DNA of 64,000 nucleotides. Source: an uncultured Clostridia bacterium. Lineage in GTDB: Bacteria; Bacillota; Clostridia; TANB77; CAG-508. The notes under the pieces are model-generated. The model saw nothing but the letters and a program-made list of their open reading frames with translations, searched no databases and had not been told where the DNA came from. Position numbers and translations under genes: made by a program. Location of the stretch: assembly GCA_944387525.1 (NCBI GenBank), contig CALXFF010000003.1, forward strand, positions 1,627 to 65,626, given 5' to 3'. Below are positions 38,488-49,962 of the stretch, piece after piece (position 1 is the first letter of the stretch; each line of letters begins with the position of its first letter).

Positions 38488-39288
38488 TTATATTTTAGCA
38501 TTTTGTAAAGTATTTTCTATATGCTCAAGTACTTTTTTATATATTTTTTTATATTTATCCATTGTATCCTTATTATTAAATTCAAATCTGTTATATATTT
38601 TTTCAAAATAATTTCTTTCTTTAACTAATTCTAAACTTTCTGGAAAATTAAAATCAAATACATATGCAAAATGTCCAACAAGAACATCAGCACTTGATTT
38701 CCTATGTCCATAGTCAATTCTTTTCTGTTCCATAAATTCTCTATATATTTCATCACTAATAATATCATCTGATAAATCCGGTTTTTCCCAAGCAGTTTCC
38801 TTTTTCTCAAATGTTAGTAAGTTTAATATATCAATTTTATCACTATCTCTTATTATTTTTGTATGTAATAATTCTCTAGGTGTTAAATCATCTGGGATAT
38901 CTACTGCATCTTTATTGTGATTAAATATCGATTTTTTTATTATTTCATCATATTGCTTATCATCTATAAAGTTTCTTATAATTCCATCTTTCTTATTAAA
39001 TAAAACATGTACTCCAAATTCTCCATGATTTATACTATTTCTGTCTACAAAAGTATTATATTGTTTTAATTGTTCAAATCTTCCAATATCATGTAGTAAA
39101 CCTATTAATTCTGCTAATTTTATATCTTCATCTTCTAACTCTAATTTTGTTGCTAATTTTTTAGCCACTTGAGATACTCTTTCTATATGCTCAACTTTTA
39201 GTCTTATTTTATCATTTTTTATATCATAATTTTTAACATATTCTGCAAATGCTTTCTTTGCTTTTATTATATCTATCATTTTTGTCAT
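38488..39288 (-). CDS. HD-domain phosphohydrolase (paralogue 1)
   Basis: VEHIERVSQVAKKLA ... LIGLLHDIGRFEQ ... RDSDKIDIL. Collinear with 37688-38452. Confidence 0.75.
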   Translation of the reverse strand: MTKMIDIIKAKKAFAEYVKNYDIKNDKIRLKVEHIERVSQVAKKLATKLELEDEDIKLAELIGLLHDIGRFEQLKQYNTFVDRNSINHGEFGVHVLFNKKDGIIRNFIDDKQYDEIIKKSIFNHNKDAVDIPDDLTPRELLHTKIIRDSDKIDILNLLTFEKKETAWEKPDLSDDIISDEIYREFMEQKRIDYGHRKSSADVLVGHFAYVFDFNFPESLELVKERNYFEKIYNRFEFNNKDTMDKYKKIYKKVLEHIENTLQNAKI

Positions 39289-39395
39289 TATTTCCTTTCT
39301 AAAAACTAAGTCTGATTGAAAAAGAATTAAAAATTTAATTCTTTTTCAACCTTTTATGTATATATTAATTTCTAAAACAGATTATATAACAGACC

Positions 39396-41987
39396 TTACT
39401 TTTTAATTACTAAATTATTATTTTTGCAATCGACAACCACTTTGCTTGAAGGTAAAATTTCTTGTTTTAAAATATTTTCTGCAATTAGTGTTTCTAATTT
39501 TTTTGTCACAAACCTTTTAAGTGGTCTTGCACCATAAACTTGATCATATCCATTATCTATTAGATAATCTTTTGCATTTTGTGTTAATTCTAATGTGATA
39601 TGCTTGTCCTCAAGTCTTTTTTCAAGATCTTTTATCAATAAATCCAAAATTTTTGATACTTCATTTTTTTGTAATGGCTTATAAAATACTATTTCATCTA
39701 AACGGTTTAAAAATTCTGGTCTAAAGCTTTTCTTTAATAAATCATTTACTTTTTCTTTTGCTTCTTCTGAAATCTCACCTTTTTCATTTATACCTTCCAA
39801 GATATATTCAGAACCTAAGTTTGATGTTAAAATTATTATTGTATTTTTAAAGTCTACTGTTCTTCCTTGTGAATCTGTTATACGACCATCATCTAGTACT
39901 TGTAATAGGATATTAAATACATCTGGATGTGCTTTTTCTATCTCATCAAATAGTACTACTGAATATGGTTTTCTTCTTACTGCTTCTGTAAGTTGACCTC
40001 CTTCTTCATATCCAACATATCCTGGAGGTGCTCCAATTAATCTTGATACAGAATATTTTTCCATATACTCTGACATATCAATTCTTACCATATTATGCTC
40101 ATCATCAAATAGACTTTCTGCTAAACTTTTTGCAAGTTCTGTTTTTCCCACTCCAGTAGGTCCTAAGAATAGAAATGAACCTATTGGCTTTTTAGGATCG
40201 CTTATTCCCGCTCTTGATCTCATTATTGCTTCTGATACATCTTCTACTGCTTCATCTTGTCCTATTACTCTTTTATGTAAGATATCCTTAAGATGTAATA
40301 TTTTCTCTCTTTCGCCTTCCATAAGTTTTGATACTGGTATGCCAGTCCATTTTGATACTATTTTTGCAATTTCTTCTTCTGTTACTTTGTTTCTTAATAA
40401 AACATTTTCTTTATTATTTTCTTCTGCCTCTTCTTTTTCTAGCTCTTTTTGTAGTTCTGGAAGTTTTCCATATCTTAATTCTGCTACTTTATTTAAGTCA
40501 TAGTTTCTTTCTGCTTGCTCTATTTCTCCATTTGTTTTTTCAATTTCTTCTCTTAATTTTTGTACTTTTTCAATTGCTTGTTTTTCATTTTCCCATTTTG
40601 CTTTCATTGAATCGAACTTTGTTTTAAGTTCTGATTTTTCTTTTTGAATTTCTTGTAGTCTTTGTTTTGAAAACTCATCTTTTTCTTTACTAAGCGCTGT
40701 TTCTTCTATTTCTAATTGCATTATTTTTCTTGATACTTCATCTAGCTCTGTTGGCATTGATTTCATTTCTGTTTTTATCAAACTACATGCTTCATCTACT
40801 AAATCTATTGCTTTATCTGGTAAAAATCTGTCTGATATATATCTATTTGATAAAGTTGCTGCTGCAATTAGGCTATTATCTGATATTTTTACTCCATGAA
40901 ATACTTCATATCTTTCTTTTATTCCTCTTAAAATTGATATTGTATCTTCTACACTTGGCTCATCTACCATTACTGGTTGGAATCTTCTTTCTAATGCTTG
41001 ATCTTTTTCTATATATTGCCTATATTCATTTAGTGTTGTTGCTCCTATACAATGCAATTCTCCTCTTGCAAGCATTGGCTTTAATAAGTTTCCTGCATCC
41101 ATCGCCCCTTCTGTTTTTCCTGCTCCTACTATTGTGTGTAATTCATCTATAAATAAGATTATTTTTCCTTCACTCTTTTTTACTTCTTGAAGTACTGCTT
41201 TTAGTCTTTCCTCAAATTCTCCTCTATATTTTGCTCCTGCAACAAGTGAACCCATATCTAATGCAAATATTGTGCTGTCCTTTAACCCTTCTGGTACATC
41301 TCCTCTTACAATCCTTAATGCTAGACCTTCTGCTATCGCTGTTTTTCCTACTCCTGGCTCTCCTATTAAGCATGGGTTATTCTTTGTTTTTCTTGATAAT
41401 ATCATTATCACATCTCTTATTTCTGAATCTCTGCCTATTACTGGATCTAGTTTTTGTTGACGCGCTAATTCTACTAAATCTTGTCCATATTTTTTTAGTA
41501 CATCATATGTGCTTTCTGGATTATCACTTGTTACTCTAGTATTTCCTCTTACACTTTCTAATGCTTTTAAAAATTCGTTTTTTGTTAATCTATATTTTTT
41601 GAATAGATTTTTTAAATAACTATTTGCATTGTCTATTATTGAAAGCATTATGTGTTCTACTGAGATATATTCATCTTTCATTTTATTTGCTATTTTTTCT
41701 GAATTTGTTAAAACTTGGTCTACATCTTGTGATACATAAATTGAGTTTGCTTGTCTTGCTCCTCCTGTCATTTTTGGTAAACCTTCTATTTTATCATTTA
41801 ACTCTTTTTCAAATTCTTGTGGAATGTTCATCTTTTTTAGTAATTCTTTTATTAAGCTATCTTCTTGATTTAGTAATGCTAATAAAAGGTGTTCTTCTTC
41901 TATTTGTGCATTTTGATTTTCTATTGCAATACTTTGTGCTCCTTGTATTGCTTCTAATGATTTTTGCGTAAATTTTTGTGCATCCAT
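39396..41987 (-). CDS. clpB: ATP-dependent chaperone ClpB
   Basis: 863 aa. Clp N domain, two AAA modules (GEPGVGKT and GPTGVGKT) and a long middle coiled coil. Confidence 0.93.
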   Translation of the reverse strand: MDAQKFTQKSLEAIQGAQSIAIENQNAQIEEEHLLLALLNQEDSLIKELLKKMNIPQEFEKELNDKIEGLPKMTGGARQANSIYVSQDVDQVLTNSEKIANKMKDEYISVEHIMLSIIDNANSYLKNLFKKYRLTKNEFLKALESVRGNTRVTSDNPESTYDVLKKYGQDLVELARQQKLDPVIGRDSEIRDVIMILSRKTKNNPCLIGEPGVGKTAIAEGLALRIVRGDVPEGLKDSTIFALDMGSLVAGAKYRGEFEERLKAVLQEVKKSEGKIILFIDELHTIVGAGKTEGAMDAGNLLKPMLARGELHCIGATTLNEYRQYIEKDQALERRFQPVMVDEPSVEDTISILRGIKERYEVFHGVKISDNSLIAAATLSNRYISDRFLPDKAIDLVDEACSLIKTEMKSMPTELDEVSRKIMQLEIEETALSKEKDEFSKQRLQEIQKEKSELKTKFDSMKAKWENEKQAIEKVQKLREEIEKTNGEIEQAERNYDLNKVAELRYGKLPELQKELEKEEAEENNKENVLLRNKVTEEEIAKIVSKWTGIPVSKLMEGEREKILHLKDILHKRVIGQDEAVEDVSEAIMRSRAGISDPKKPIGSFLFLGPTGVGKTELAKSLAESLFDDEHNMVRIDMSEYMEKYSVSRLIGAPPGYVGYEEGGQLTEAVRRKPYSVVLFDEIEKAHPDVFNILLQVLDDGRITDSQGRTVDFKNTIIILTSNLGSEYILEGINEKGEISEEAKEKVNDLLKKSFRPEFLNRLDEIVFYKPLQKNEVSKILDLLIKDLEKRLEDKHITLELTQNAKDYLIDNGYDQVYGARPLKRFVTKKLETLIAENILKQEILPSSKVVVDCKNNNLVIKK

Positions 41988-42105
41988 TTATTATCATCCC
42001 TTTCAATTTGATATTTTTTATCCTAGTGTATTATATCACATTTATATACGTTTGCATGATTTTTTTGAGGTATTTTTGTGAAATTTGTATTTTTGCCTAT
42101 TTCTC

Positions 42106-42134
42106 TTGAAACTCTAGCATTTTTGTTATATAAT
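42106..42134 (+). promoter_or_regulatory. Sigma-A type promoter for leuS (TTGAAA-17-TATAAT)
   Basis: TTGAAA at 42106-42111 and TATAAT at 42129-42134. Confidence 0.5.
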
Positions 42135-42185
42135 ACAATGCATATAATAAGAATTAAAGATAAAAAATATGAAAGGGGCTTTAAT

Positions 42186-44576
42186 ATGGGCTACAATTTT
42201 ACAGAAATTGAAAAAAAATGGCAAAACTACTGGGATGAGCATAAAACTTTTTATACAGATGTATGGGACTTTTCTAAACCGAAATTTTATGCATTAGATA
42301 TGTTTCCATATCCATCAGGACAAGGTCTACACGTTGGTCACCCAGAAGGTTATACTGCAACAGATATAATGTCTAGAATGAGAAGAATGCAAGGATATAA
42401 CGTTTTACATCCAATGGGATGGGATGCTTTCGGTTTACCTGCAGAACAATATGCAATAAAAACTGGAAATCATCCAGCAGAATTTACAAAGGCAAACATT
42501 GCAACTTTTAAAAGACAATTAAAGATGTTAGGATTTTCTTTTGACTGGGATAAAGAAATCTCTACATGTAATCCAGATTTTTATAAATGGACTCAATGGA
42601 TTTTCAAACAATTATATAATGATGGTTTAGCAAAACTTGTTGAGATGCCAGTAAACTGGTGTGAAGGTTTAGGTTGTGTACTTTCAAATGATGAAGTTAT
42701 TAATGGTAGAAGTGAAAGAGGAGACTTCCCTGTTGTTCGTAAAAATATGAAACAATGGGTATTAGATATTCCTCAATATGCAGAAATCTTATTAGATGGA
42801 TTAGATGATATTGATTGGCCTGAATCAACTAAGGAAATTCAAAGAAATTGGATTGGAAAATCTGAAGGCGCAGAAGTTATATTCAAGGTTGCCGATTTTG
42901 ATAACACAGAATTTACTGTATTTACTACAAGACCAGATACTCTATTTGGTGCTACATATTGCGTTATTGCTCCTGAACTTGATTTAGTAGATAAAATAAC
43001 AACTGATGAACAAAAAGATGCAGTTGAAAAATATAAACAAGAAGCTGCTAGTAAATCAGACTTAGAAAGAACTGAACTAAATAAAGAAAAAACAGGTGTA
43101 TTTACAGGAAGCTATGCCATTAACCCTGTAAATGGTAAGAAAATCCCTATTTGGATTTCAGATTACGTACTTTCTACATATGGTACAGGTGCAATTATGG
43201 CTGTTCCTGCTCATGATCAAAGAGATTATGAATTTGCAAGTAAATTTGGTATAGATATAATCCCTGTATTAGAAGGCGGAGATATTTCAAAAGAAGCATT
43301 TACTGGAGATGGATTACATATTAATTCTGATTTTCTTGATGGATTAGATAAAGAAACAGCTATCAAAAAAATGATTGAATATCTTGAATCTAATAAGATT
43401 GGAAAGAAAAAGATTAATTATAAACTACGTGAATGGATATTTGCAAGACAACGTTATTGGGGAGAGCCAATTCCAATTGTATACTTAGATGATGACATGA
43501 GAGCCTTAGCAGATAATGATTTACCTTTAGTTTTACCAGAACTTGAAGATTATGCTCCTTCAAAAACAGGTGCATCACCATTAGATAAAGCAACAGATTG
43601 GGTAAATACTACATTTGAAGGTAAACCTGCTAAAAGAGAAACAAGTACAATGCCTGGTTCTGCTGGTTCTAGTTGGTATTTCTTAAGATATATTGATCCT
43701 AAAAATAATGATGAATTTGCAAATAAAAAATTACTTGAATACTGGATGCCTGTTGATTTATATGTAGGTGGTCCTGAACATGCAGTTGGACATTTACTAT
43801 ATTCAAGATTTTGGAATAATTATTTATACAACAAAGGACTTGTTCCAGTAAAAGAGCCATTTGCAAAACTACGTCATCAAGGTATGATTTTAGGTACTAA
43901 TGGCGAAAAAATGAGTAAATCAAAAGGAAATGTTATCAATCCTGATGATATGGTTAAACAATATGGTGCAGATAGTTTAAGATTATATGAAATGTTTATG
44001 GGACCAATAGATGCCGTTAAACCTTGGGATGTCAACGGTATTGAAGGTACAAAGAAATTCTTAGACCGTGTTTGGAGATTATATGTAGAATCTGGAAAAA
44101 TTAAAGATACTCCAAATAAAAATCTAGAAAAAGATTATCATTTTACAGTTAAAAAAGTTACAAATGATTATGAAACTATGAATTTCAACACAGCGATTTC
44201 TCAAATGATGATTTTCATAAACACTGTTAATAAGGAAGAAATTTTCCCATTAGAGTATGCTGAAGGATTTTTAAAATTACTAAATCCAATTGCACCACAT
44301 ATTACTGAAGAATTGTGGAATATCTTAGGTCATGATAATACAATAGCTTATGAAAAATGGCCAACTTATGACGAATCTAAAACTATTGATGATGAAATTA
44401 CTTTACCAATTCAGTTTAATGGTAAATTAAAAGCTACTATTCAAATTCCTTTAAATGAAGATGAAAGTGTCATCAAGCAAAAGGTTCATGAAGCAATTGA
44501 TTCTAAATTAGATGGAAAAACTATTATTAAAGAAATCTATGTAAAAAATAAAATTTATAACATTGTTGTGAAATAG
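42186..44576 (+). CDS. leuS: Leucine--tRNA ligase
   Basis: ATG 42186 ([13 protein letters not shown]). HIGH-type HVGHPEGY and KMSKS. The stop TAG overlaps the first bases of repeat A7. Confidence 0.93.
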   Translation: MGYNFTEIEKKWQNYWDEHKTFYTDVWDFSKPKFYALDMFPYPSGQGLHVGHPEGYTATDIMSRMRRMQGYNVLHPMGWDAFGLPAEQYAIKTGNHPAEFTKANIATFKRQLKMLGFSFDWDKEISTCNPDFYKWTQWIFKQLYNDGLAKLVEMPVNWCEGLGCVLSNDEVINGRSERGDFPVVRKNMKQWVLDIPQYAEILLDGLDDIDWPESTKEIQRNWIGKSEGAEVIFKVADFDNTEFTVFTTRPDTLFGATYCVIAPELDLVDKITTDEQKDAVEKYKQEAASKSDLERTELNKEKTGVFTGSYAINPVNGKKIPIWISDYVLSTYGTGAIMAVPAHDQRDYEFASKFGIDIIPVLEGGDISKEAFTGDGLHINSDFLDGLDKETAIKKMIEYLESNKIGKKKINYKLREWIFARQRYWGEPIPIVYLDDDMRALADNDLPLVLPELEDYAPSKTGASPLDKATDWVNTTFEGKPAKRETSTMPGSAGSSWYFLRYIDPKNNDEFANKKLLEYWMPVDLYVGGPEHAVGHLLYSRFWNNYLYNKGLVPVKEPFAKLRHQGMILGTNGEKMSKSKGNVINPDDMVKQYGADSLRLYEMFMGPIDAVKPWDVNGIEGTKKFLDRVWRLYVESGKIKDTPNKNLEKDYHFTVKKVTNDYETMNFNTAISQMMIFINTVNKEEIFPLEYAEGFLKLLNPIAPHITEELWNILGHDNTIAYEKWPTYDESKTIDDEITLPIQFNGKLKATIQIPLNEDESVIKQKVHEAIDSKLDGKTIIKEIYVKNKIYNIVVK

Positions 44577-44606
44577 GGATTTAGGGGACGGTCCTAAAAA
44601 TCCCTG
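44575..44606 (+). repeat. Repeat family A, copy A7 (module a)
   Basis: AGGGATTTAGGGGACGGTCCTAAAAATCCCTG. Confidence 0.9.
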
Positions 44607-44628
44607 TTTAGATTTTAAAAATTAAAAA

Positions 44629-44814
44629 GCTATTAAAATAGTATAAAATTTATGAATTTCGAATGTGAATGGAATCATTTTAGAAAATATTAAGTTATCT
44701 AATAGGAGAATCTCAAACTAGCTTTGAGAGGTGCCTATTAGGTAACTTTAAATTTTCTTAATGATGAAATGTTAGCCGAGAAATGAAATAAATTTTATAC
44801 TATTTTATAATAGC
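44629..44814. ncRNA. Candidate structured RNA: ~186-nt long irregular hairpin with a large central bubble (6S-RNA-like architecture); strand undetermined
   Basis: A closing stem joins 44629-44653 with 44788-44814. A mismatched bubble lies at 44654-44672 opposite 44766-44787. Internal stems are ATCATT, GAAAAT, AAGTTA and CTAATAGG. The apical hairpin is 44711-44729. It could equally be a MITE-like palindrome. Confidence 0.3.
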
Positions 44815-44835
44815 AAAAGAATAGAATAAAAAAAA

Positions 44836-44868
44836 CAGGGATTTTTAGGACCGTCCCCCTAATCCCTG
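44836..44868 (-). repeat. Repeat family A, copy A8 (module a, inverted relative to A7)
   Basis: CAGGGATTTTTAGGACCGTCCCCCTAATCCCTG. Confidence 0.9.
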
Positions 44869-44971
44869 TTCTGTAACAAAACTGTAACTAATACTTAATA
44901 CTTTTGACATTCTCTTTTTTCGACTTTTGTTGTATAATTTAATGGAGAATATATTAAGGAGTTTTGTCGAT

Positions 44972-46087
44972 ATGAGTATAGAAACAGATTTAAAAAAAGA
45001 TGGAATAGAAGTAACAAAAAAACTAGATACACTTCAAATTAACTCTATTGCAAATAATATCGCAATAAAATTATGTAGAACTTTTCCTGAATATAATTTA
45101 AACCAGAATGAACTTTTCATACGTTTATCACGTTTAGATATGTATAGAGCTAAAATGCCTGAAGGGATGGCTGAAGCAAATTATTTTTATAAGAATACAT
45201 CTATATATTTTAATGAGCATATACCAGATGATGACCTAGAAGAATTTGCTATTCATGAGTGTATACACTATTTACAAGAAGTAAAAGATAAAAGGAACTA
45301 TTTAATTAGAATGGGACTTTGTGATTATACTGAATTTAAAATATATGGATTAGGATTAAATGAAGCAGCTGTTCAATTAATGGCATCTAAAGTAAATGGT
45401 ATTCCAAAAGAATATGTAAAATATTTCGGAATTAGTTTTGAAACAATCAGTCCTTCATACTATCCTTTAGAATGTTGTTTAGTAAATCAATTAGCTTATT
45501 TAGTTGGTGAAGATGTTTTATTTGAAAGTACATTAAACAGTAATGATAATTTTAAACAGGCTTTTGCAGATGCTACTTCACCTAAGGTTTTTATGGCTAT
45601 TCAAAATGCAATTGATGAAATTTTATATCATGAAGAAGATATTATTAAATTAAATAATAAAATTGCAAATATAGATGACAGAAATAAAAAGGTTGATGGT
45701 ATGCTAAAGAAAATTGATGAACTAAAAAGTGAAATTTCTCTTATTTTCTTTAGAACTCAAAACTTGATTATTTCAAGTTATTTTGATAATAGTTTTAATA
45801 AAATTACTAATCTTGAAGAAGTTGAAAATTATAGAAGAAAACTATATACATTTAAAGATTATTTAGGCTCTAGTGAAGGTTATACATTTTTTAATGATTA
45901 CTATGTTTCAAAAATGGAACAACTTGAGGAAAAATATAATGCTCTTGAAAATGGTGAAACATTACAAATTGAAACTGCTATTAAAGTTATTTCTAAAAGA
46001 GAGAATATGTTTAGACGTTTTATCGCTGCTATTAAAAAATTATTATTTGGAGGAATTGGAGTTCAAGAAAATAATTCAAATAATTAA
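44972..46087 (+). CDS. Hypothetical protein with HExxH motif (possible zinc metallopeptidase)
   Basis: AAGGAG lies upstream of ATG 44972. Contains EFAIHECIHYLQE. No further family recognised. Confidence 0.55.
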   Translation: MSIETDLKKDGIEVTKKLDTLQINSIANNIAIKLCRTFPEYNLNQNELFIRLSRLDMYRAKMPEGMAEANYFYKNTSIYFNEHIPDDDLEEFAIHECIHYLQEVKDKRNYLIRMGLCDYTEFKIYGLGLNEAAVQLMASKVNGIPKEYVKYFGISFETISPSYYPLECCLVNQLAYLVGEDVLFESTLNSNDNFKQAFADATSPKVFMAIQNAIDEILYHEEDIIKLNNKIANIDDRNKKVDGMLKKIDELKSEISLIFFRTQNLIISSYFDNSFNKITNLEEVENYRRKLYTFKDYLGSSEGYTFFNDYYVSKMEQLEEKYNALENGETLQIETAIKVISKRENMFRRFIAAIKKLLFGGIGVQENNSNN

Positions 46088-46152
46088 TGTATTAATAAGA
46101 AAAAAAATACAACTAAAATGCAATAATGCTCTTTAGTTGTATTTTTTTACTT

Positions 46153-47457
46153 TTATTTCTCTAAAAATTCTACTATTCCTTTTGCCGCTTCTCTACCTGA
46201 TTGAGCTGCCCAAGCAACAGTTCCTTTTATTCCTGCTAAATCTCCACCAGAAAAAACTTTAGAATTTGAAGTTTGATAATTTTCATTTATTAATATATTT
46301 CCCCATTTATTTAGTTCTAAACCTAAGTTAGAAACAAATCCTTCTGGTTTTGAACCTAAAGCCATAACAACATAGTCAATATCTTCAACATAATTACTAT
46401 TTTCAATATTTACTGGTACTAATCTAGTTTCTCCTTCTTTTTGTACTAATTCAGTTTTTATTAATTCAACTTTTTCTACTTTTCCATCACCAATAATTTT
46501 AACCACATTATTTTGGAATAAAAACTCAATACCTTCATTAATTGCATCTTCTACTTCTTTATCTTCTGCTGGCATTTGTTCTCTTGCTCTTCTATATATT
46601 ACTTTTACTTCTTTTGCTCCCATTTTATTTATTGTTCTTGCACAGTCCATTGCAACATTTCCGCCACCTACAACTGCAACTTTTTTATCTTTATAGTCTG
46701 GATGTAAATTATATTCTAATAATTCATTACCTCCATATACACCTTCTAAATCTTCTCCTTCAATTCCCATTTTAGAAGATACATTTGCACCAATGCTTAG
46801 GAAAATAGCATCAAATTCTTTTTCTAAATCTTCTAATTTTAGATTTTTTCCTAATTCTTGATTATATTTAACTTCAATTCCTAATTCTAAGATATTATCT
46901 ACAGTTTGTTTTACTATCTCCTTTGGAAGTCTAAATTCAGGAATTCCATGTACTAATAATCCACCTAAATAATTATATTTTTCAAATATTGTTACTTTAA
47001 TTCCAGATTTAGCTAAAAATGCACTACAAGTTAAACCTGCTGGTCCTCCACCTATTACTGCAACTTTTTTATTAGATAATTTTTCATTTTTTTCTTTATT
47101 TTCAGCTATTTCATTTTTATAACATTCTAGTAAACTATGTCCTTGCTCCGTTATTACTTTATCAAATGTAAATGCTTCTAAATCACCAATTGCAACTGGT
47201 TCACCTTTTATTCCTCTAACACATGAACCTTGACATTGTTTTTTGTGTGGACAAATTCTTCCACATACTCCTTGTAATACTGTTGTTTCTGACAATATTT
47301 TATATGCCTCAAAATAGTTTTCTTCTTTTACTTGTTTAATAAATTCTGGTATATTATTACCTAAAGGACATCCTTTTAATGAACATGGTTTTACTTTACA
47401 ATTTAAACAGTAATTTGCTTTTTCCTTTGCTCCATTTATTGATAGCATTTTTTTCAT
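46153..47457 (-). CDS. GltA/GltD-type NAD(P)H-dependent FAD oxidoreductase with N-terminal Fe-S region (homotetrameric glutamate synthase-like)
   Basis: Cys-rich N-terminus, VIGGGPAGLTCS and VVGGGNVAMDCAR dinucleotide folds, and a GGDLAG tail. Confidence 0.75.
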   Translation of the reverse strand: MKKMLSINGAKEKANYCLNCKVKPCSLKGCPLGNNIPEFIKQVKEENYFEAYKILSETTVLQGVCGRICPHKKQCQGSCVRGIKGEPVAIGDLEAFTFDKVITEQGHSLLECYKNEIAENKEKNEKLSNKKVAVIGGGPAGLTCSAFLAKSGIKVTIFEKYNYLGGLLVHGIPEFRLPKEIVKQTVDNILELGIEVKYNQELGKNLKLEDLEKEFDAIFLSIGANVSSKMGIEGEDLEGVYGGNELLEYNLHPDYKDKKVAVVGGGNVAMDCARTINKMGAKEVKVIYRRAREQMPAEDKEVEDAINEGIEFLFQNNVVKIIGDGKVEKVELIKTELVQKEGETRLVPVNIENSNYVEDIDYVVMALGSKPEGFVSNLGLELNKWGNILINENYQTSNSKVFSGGDLAGIKGTVAWAAQSGREAAKGIVEFLEK

Positions 47458-47568
47458 TCCTCTCTTAATTAATATATGGTTTGAAAATAATTAATTTTCT
47501 TTAATCAATCATTTTATTTATACTAATTTTATTAATCCTTGTCAATCAACTGACTCTTAAGTCAAATC

Positions 47569-49422
47569 CTATCTTTCTTCTTTTTGTGATTGAATCTCGA
47601 CATATGAGCCATCTTTGTCTTTTCTGTATGTTGTATTTGTATCTAAATCAATATATTCTTTTTCCAAAACATATTTAACTTTCTGTTTCTTTCCTTTTCC
47701 AATAACCCTAGGTGTCTTTAATCTTTGTGGGAATGTTTCTATTTTAGTATCTGCTAAGTATTTTAAATGTTCTATATACATAGCCTTTTGTACACCCTTT
47801 TTACTATCTACTCCTATCTCTCTTATTTGGCTTTTCTCCTCTGGTGTCATAGGCATCAATACTGGCGTTTTGACAAACTCTCCAAATTTTCTAAAATCAT
47901 CACTACCTTTATATATTGGTATCATATTTTCCATATTATTTGCTTTTAAAAAATTATCAATTTGTCTTTTCGGCATATGGATTCTTAAAGGCATATTTAA
48001 ATTAGGAATGTCAAATCCTAATATTACAAAATTGCCAATCGCATTTGAATCATCTTCTATATATCCCCAATTTTGAATAGAATTTCTTGTCATACATGCC
48101 TCAAATAAAGCTAATACATTAGAGTCTTTGCATCTATATAGATTATTTACTACATTTAATCCTGTTAAATACTTTTCCTCTATATCTTCACTTAATATAT
48201 TTCCCGTTTTAGGAATCATAGCTCCAAAATATTCTTTATATTTTTCACTATATTTACTTAAAACTGGTTCTAAATATCCTCTCAACTCGACCGTTGTAGC
48301 TACTTCCTCAGCTGGTCCTTTCTTTTCTAAATCTTTATCTAACTGATTTATACTCATCTGTGCAATTTCTTTTATTACACCTATTTTTACTAATTCTATC
48401 TTTAAATCTCTATCAGATATTTTTTCAAAAGGAAATTGTTGATATTTTTCTTTATCTTTTACTATGTCTTCAAGTATACCTAAATCATTTAATATAAATA
48501 CCACTTCATTTATATTTTCTATCTCTTTTGTTAATCTATTACTCCAAAAAACATTCATAGCCATTAACGTTTCTAATGGCAATTGATTAAGAAAACTTTC
48601 GTCAAAACACATTTCAATATTTATATCATTTTTTCCTAGCTCTATACCTAACTCATGTAGTCTCTTCTGTTCTCTTTTTTGATATTGATCCAAAAAGTTG
48701 AATTTTTTTAGAATCTCTCCTAATTGTTTTAATGTCTCAATATATTTTCCTCTAATATTATTAGAATATTTCATACGAACTTTCTGAAACCACTCTTCAA
48801 ATTTTTCTTCTTCTTTTCCTATTATACTTGCTTGAATCTGCAAGGTTTTAAAGTCTTTTTCTGATAATTTATTTTTTATTTTCTGCCTAGTTTTATTTCC
48901 TTTTTTATATGCATTTGCAAGTTTATATGCATTTTCTGATAATTTTCCTAATGTCTTTCTATATGAATAAACTATACTTTTTACTACTGCTTCTTCATTT
49001 TCTTCAATATTATTACTAACTATTATCTTTTCTAATTCTTCCTCTGGTAGATTTTTCACCTTATTATATATTTCTTTTCTCCTTTGTGAATCATAAGCCA
49101 ATTTTTGATAACTATTTAACACATGTGCTTCTGCTTCAGGTACAACATTAAATGATACCTTTTTCAAACATTCTTTTAGTTCATTATGTATGACTTGTTC
49201 AATATACATAGTTATCATTTTGCATGTTTCTTCTGATGGTAAACTATCTCCTTCTTGCCTCACTCTTGAATAAATTATTGGTTTAATCATTTTAAAGACA
49301 AAATTAAAATTCTGTTTAATTTTTTTTACCTTTTCATCAGAAACTTTTGAGCTTTTTTGTTGTAAAATATTATCAAATGTTTTTATATTTATCACTCTTT
49401 CTATCTTAATTTTTGTACTCAT
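47569..49422 (-). CDS. Hypothetical protein, 617 aa, start overlaps the end of udg
   Basis: Long ORF with a 17-nt overlap with the udg 3' end. No motif recognised. Confidence 0.5.
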   Translation of the reverse strand: MSTKIKIERVINIKTFDNILQQKSSKVSDEKVKKIKQNFNFVFKMIKPIIYSRVRQEGDSLPSEETCKMITMYIEQVIHNELKECLKKVSFNVVPEAEAHVLNSYQKLAYDSQRRKEIYNKVKNLPEEELEKIIVSNNIEENEEAVVKSIVYSYRKTLGKLSENAYKLANAYKKGNKTRQKIKNKLSEKDFKTLQIQASIIGKEEEKFEEWFQKVRMKYSNNIRGKYIETLKQLGEILKKFNFLDQYQKREQKRLHELGIELGKNDINIEMCFDESFLNQLPLETLMAMNVFWSNRLTKEIENINEVVFILNDLGILEDIVKDKEKYQQFPFEKISDRDLKIELVKIGVIKEIAQMSINQLDKDLEKKGPAEEVATTVELRGYLEPVLSKYSEKYKEYFGAMIPKTGNILSEDIEEKYLTGLNVVNNLYRCKDSNVLALFEACMTRNSIQNWGYIEDDSNAIGNFVILGFDIPNLNMPLRIHMPKRQIDNFLKANNMENMIPIYKGSDDFRKFGEFVKTPVLMPMTPEEKSQIREIGVDSKKGVQKAMYIEHLKYLADTKIETFPQRLKTPRVIGKGKKQKVKYVLEKEYIDLDTNTTYRKDKDGSYVEIQSQKEER

Positions 49423-49958
49423 TCATAACTAATTTTAAATCTTTTATAAAATCAATTTTCTTAGTCTCATCTCTTAAAAGTGCTGCCGGATGCCAAGTTG
49501 GCATATATCTAATTCCTTTTTTCTCAATCCACTTTCCTCTAGATTGTGTTATACCATACTCATGTCCTAATATATTTTTTAATGCTACACTTCCGCAATA
49601 AAACAATTATTTTAGGTCTAACTAAAATAACTTGGTTTCTTAAATAATTCATACATGCGTCTGCTTCATCTTGTTCTGGATTTCTATTTGAAGGAGGCCT
49701 GCATTTTACTATATTTGCAATATACACTTCATCACGTTTTAATCCGACCATTTGAAATGCTAGATTCATAAGTTGTCCAGCACGACCTACAAAAGGTTCT
49801 CCTAACCTATCCTCGTCTGCTCCCGGACCTTCTCCTATAAACATTAAATCCGCATTTTTATTTCCAGTTCCAAAAACTATGTTATGCCTTCCTTTATATA
49901 ATTTACACTTATTACAATTTGTTATTGAATTTTCTAGTTCTTCCCATGTTTCAAACAT
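49406..49958 (-). CDS. udg: Family-4 uracil-DNA glycosylase, two ORFs joined by a +1 step at CGG 49595-49593
   Basis: CNKCKLY (Fe-S Cys), [35 protein letters not shown]. The junction reads PKIIVLL|[10 protein letters not shown], then [12 protein letters not shown] place the start at Met 49958 because the longer ORF start lies inside repeat A9. Confidence 0.8.
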
Positions 49959-49962
49959 TTTG

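Noticed and set aside
39316-39349. The perfect palindrome TTGAAAAAGAATTAAA/TTTAATTCTTTTTCAA after clpB might be a regulatory operator.
   Set aside because: It is most simply a terminator-like hairpin between clpB and the HD gene. It has no similarity to the CIRCE or CtsR operators expected for clpB control, and it lies downstream of clpB, not upstream.
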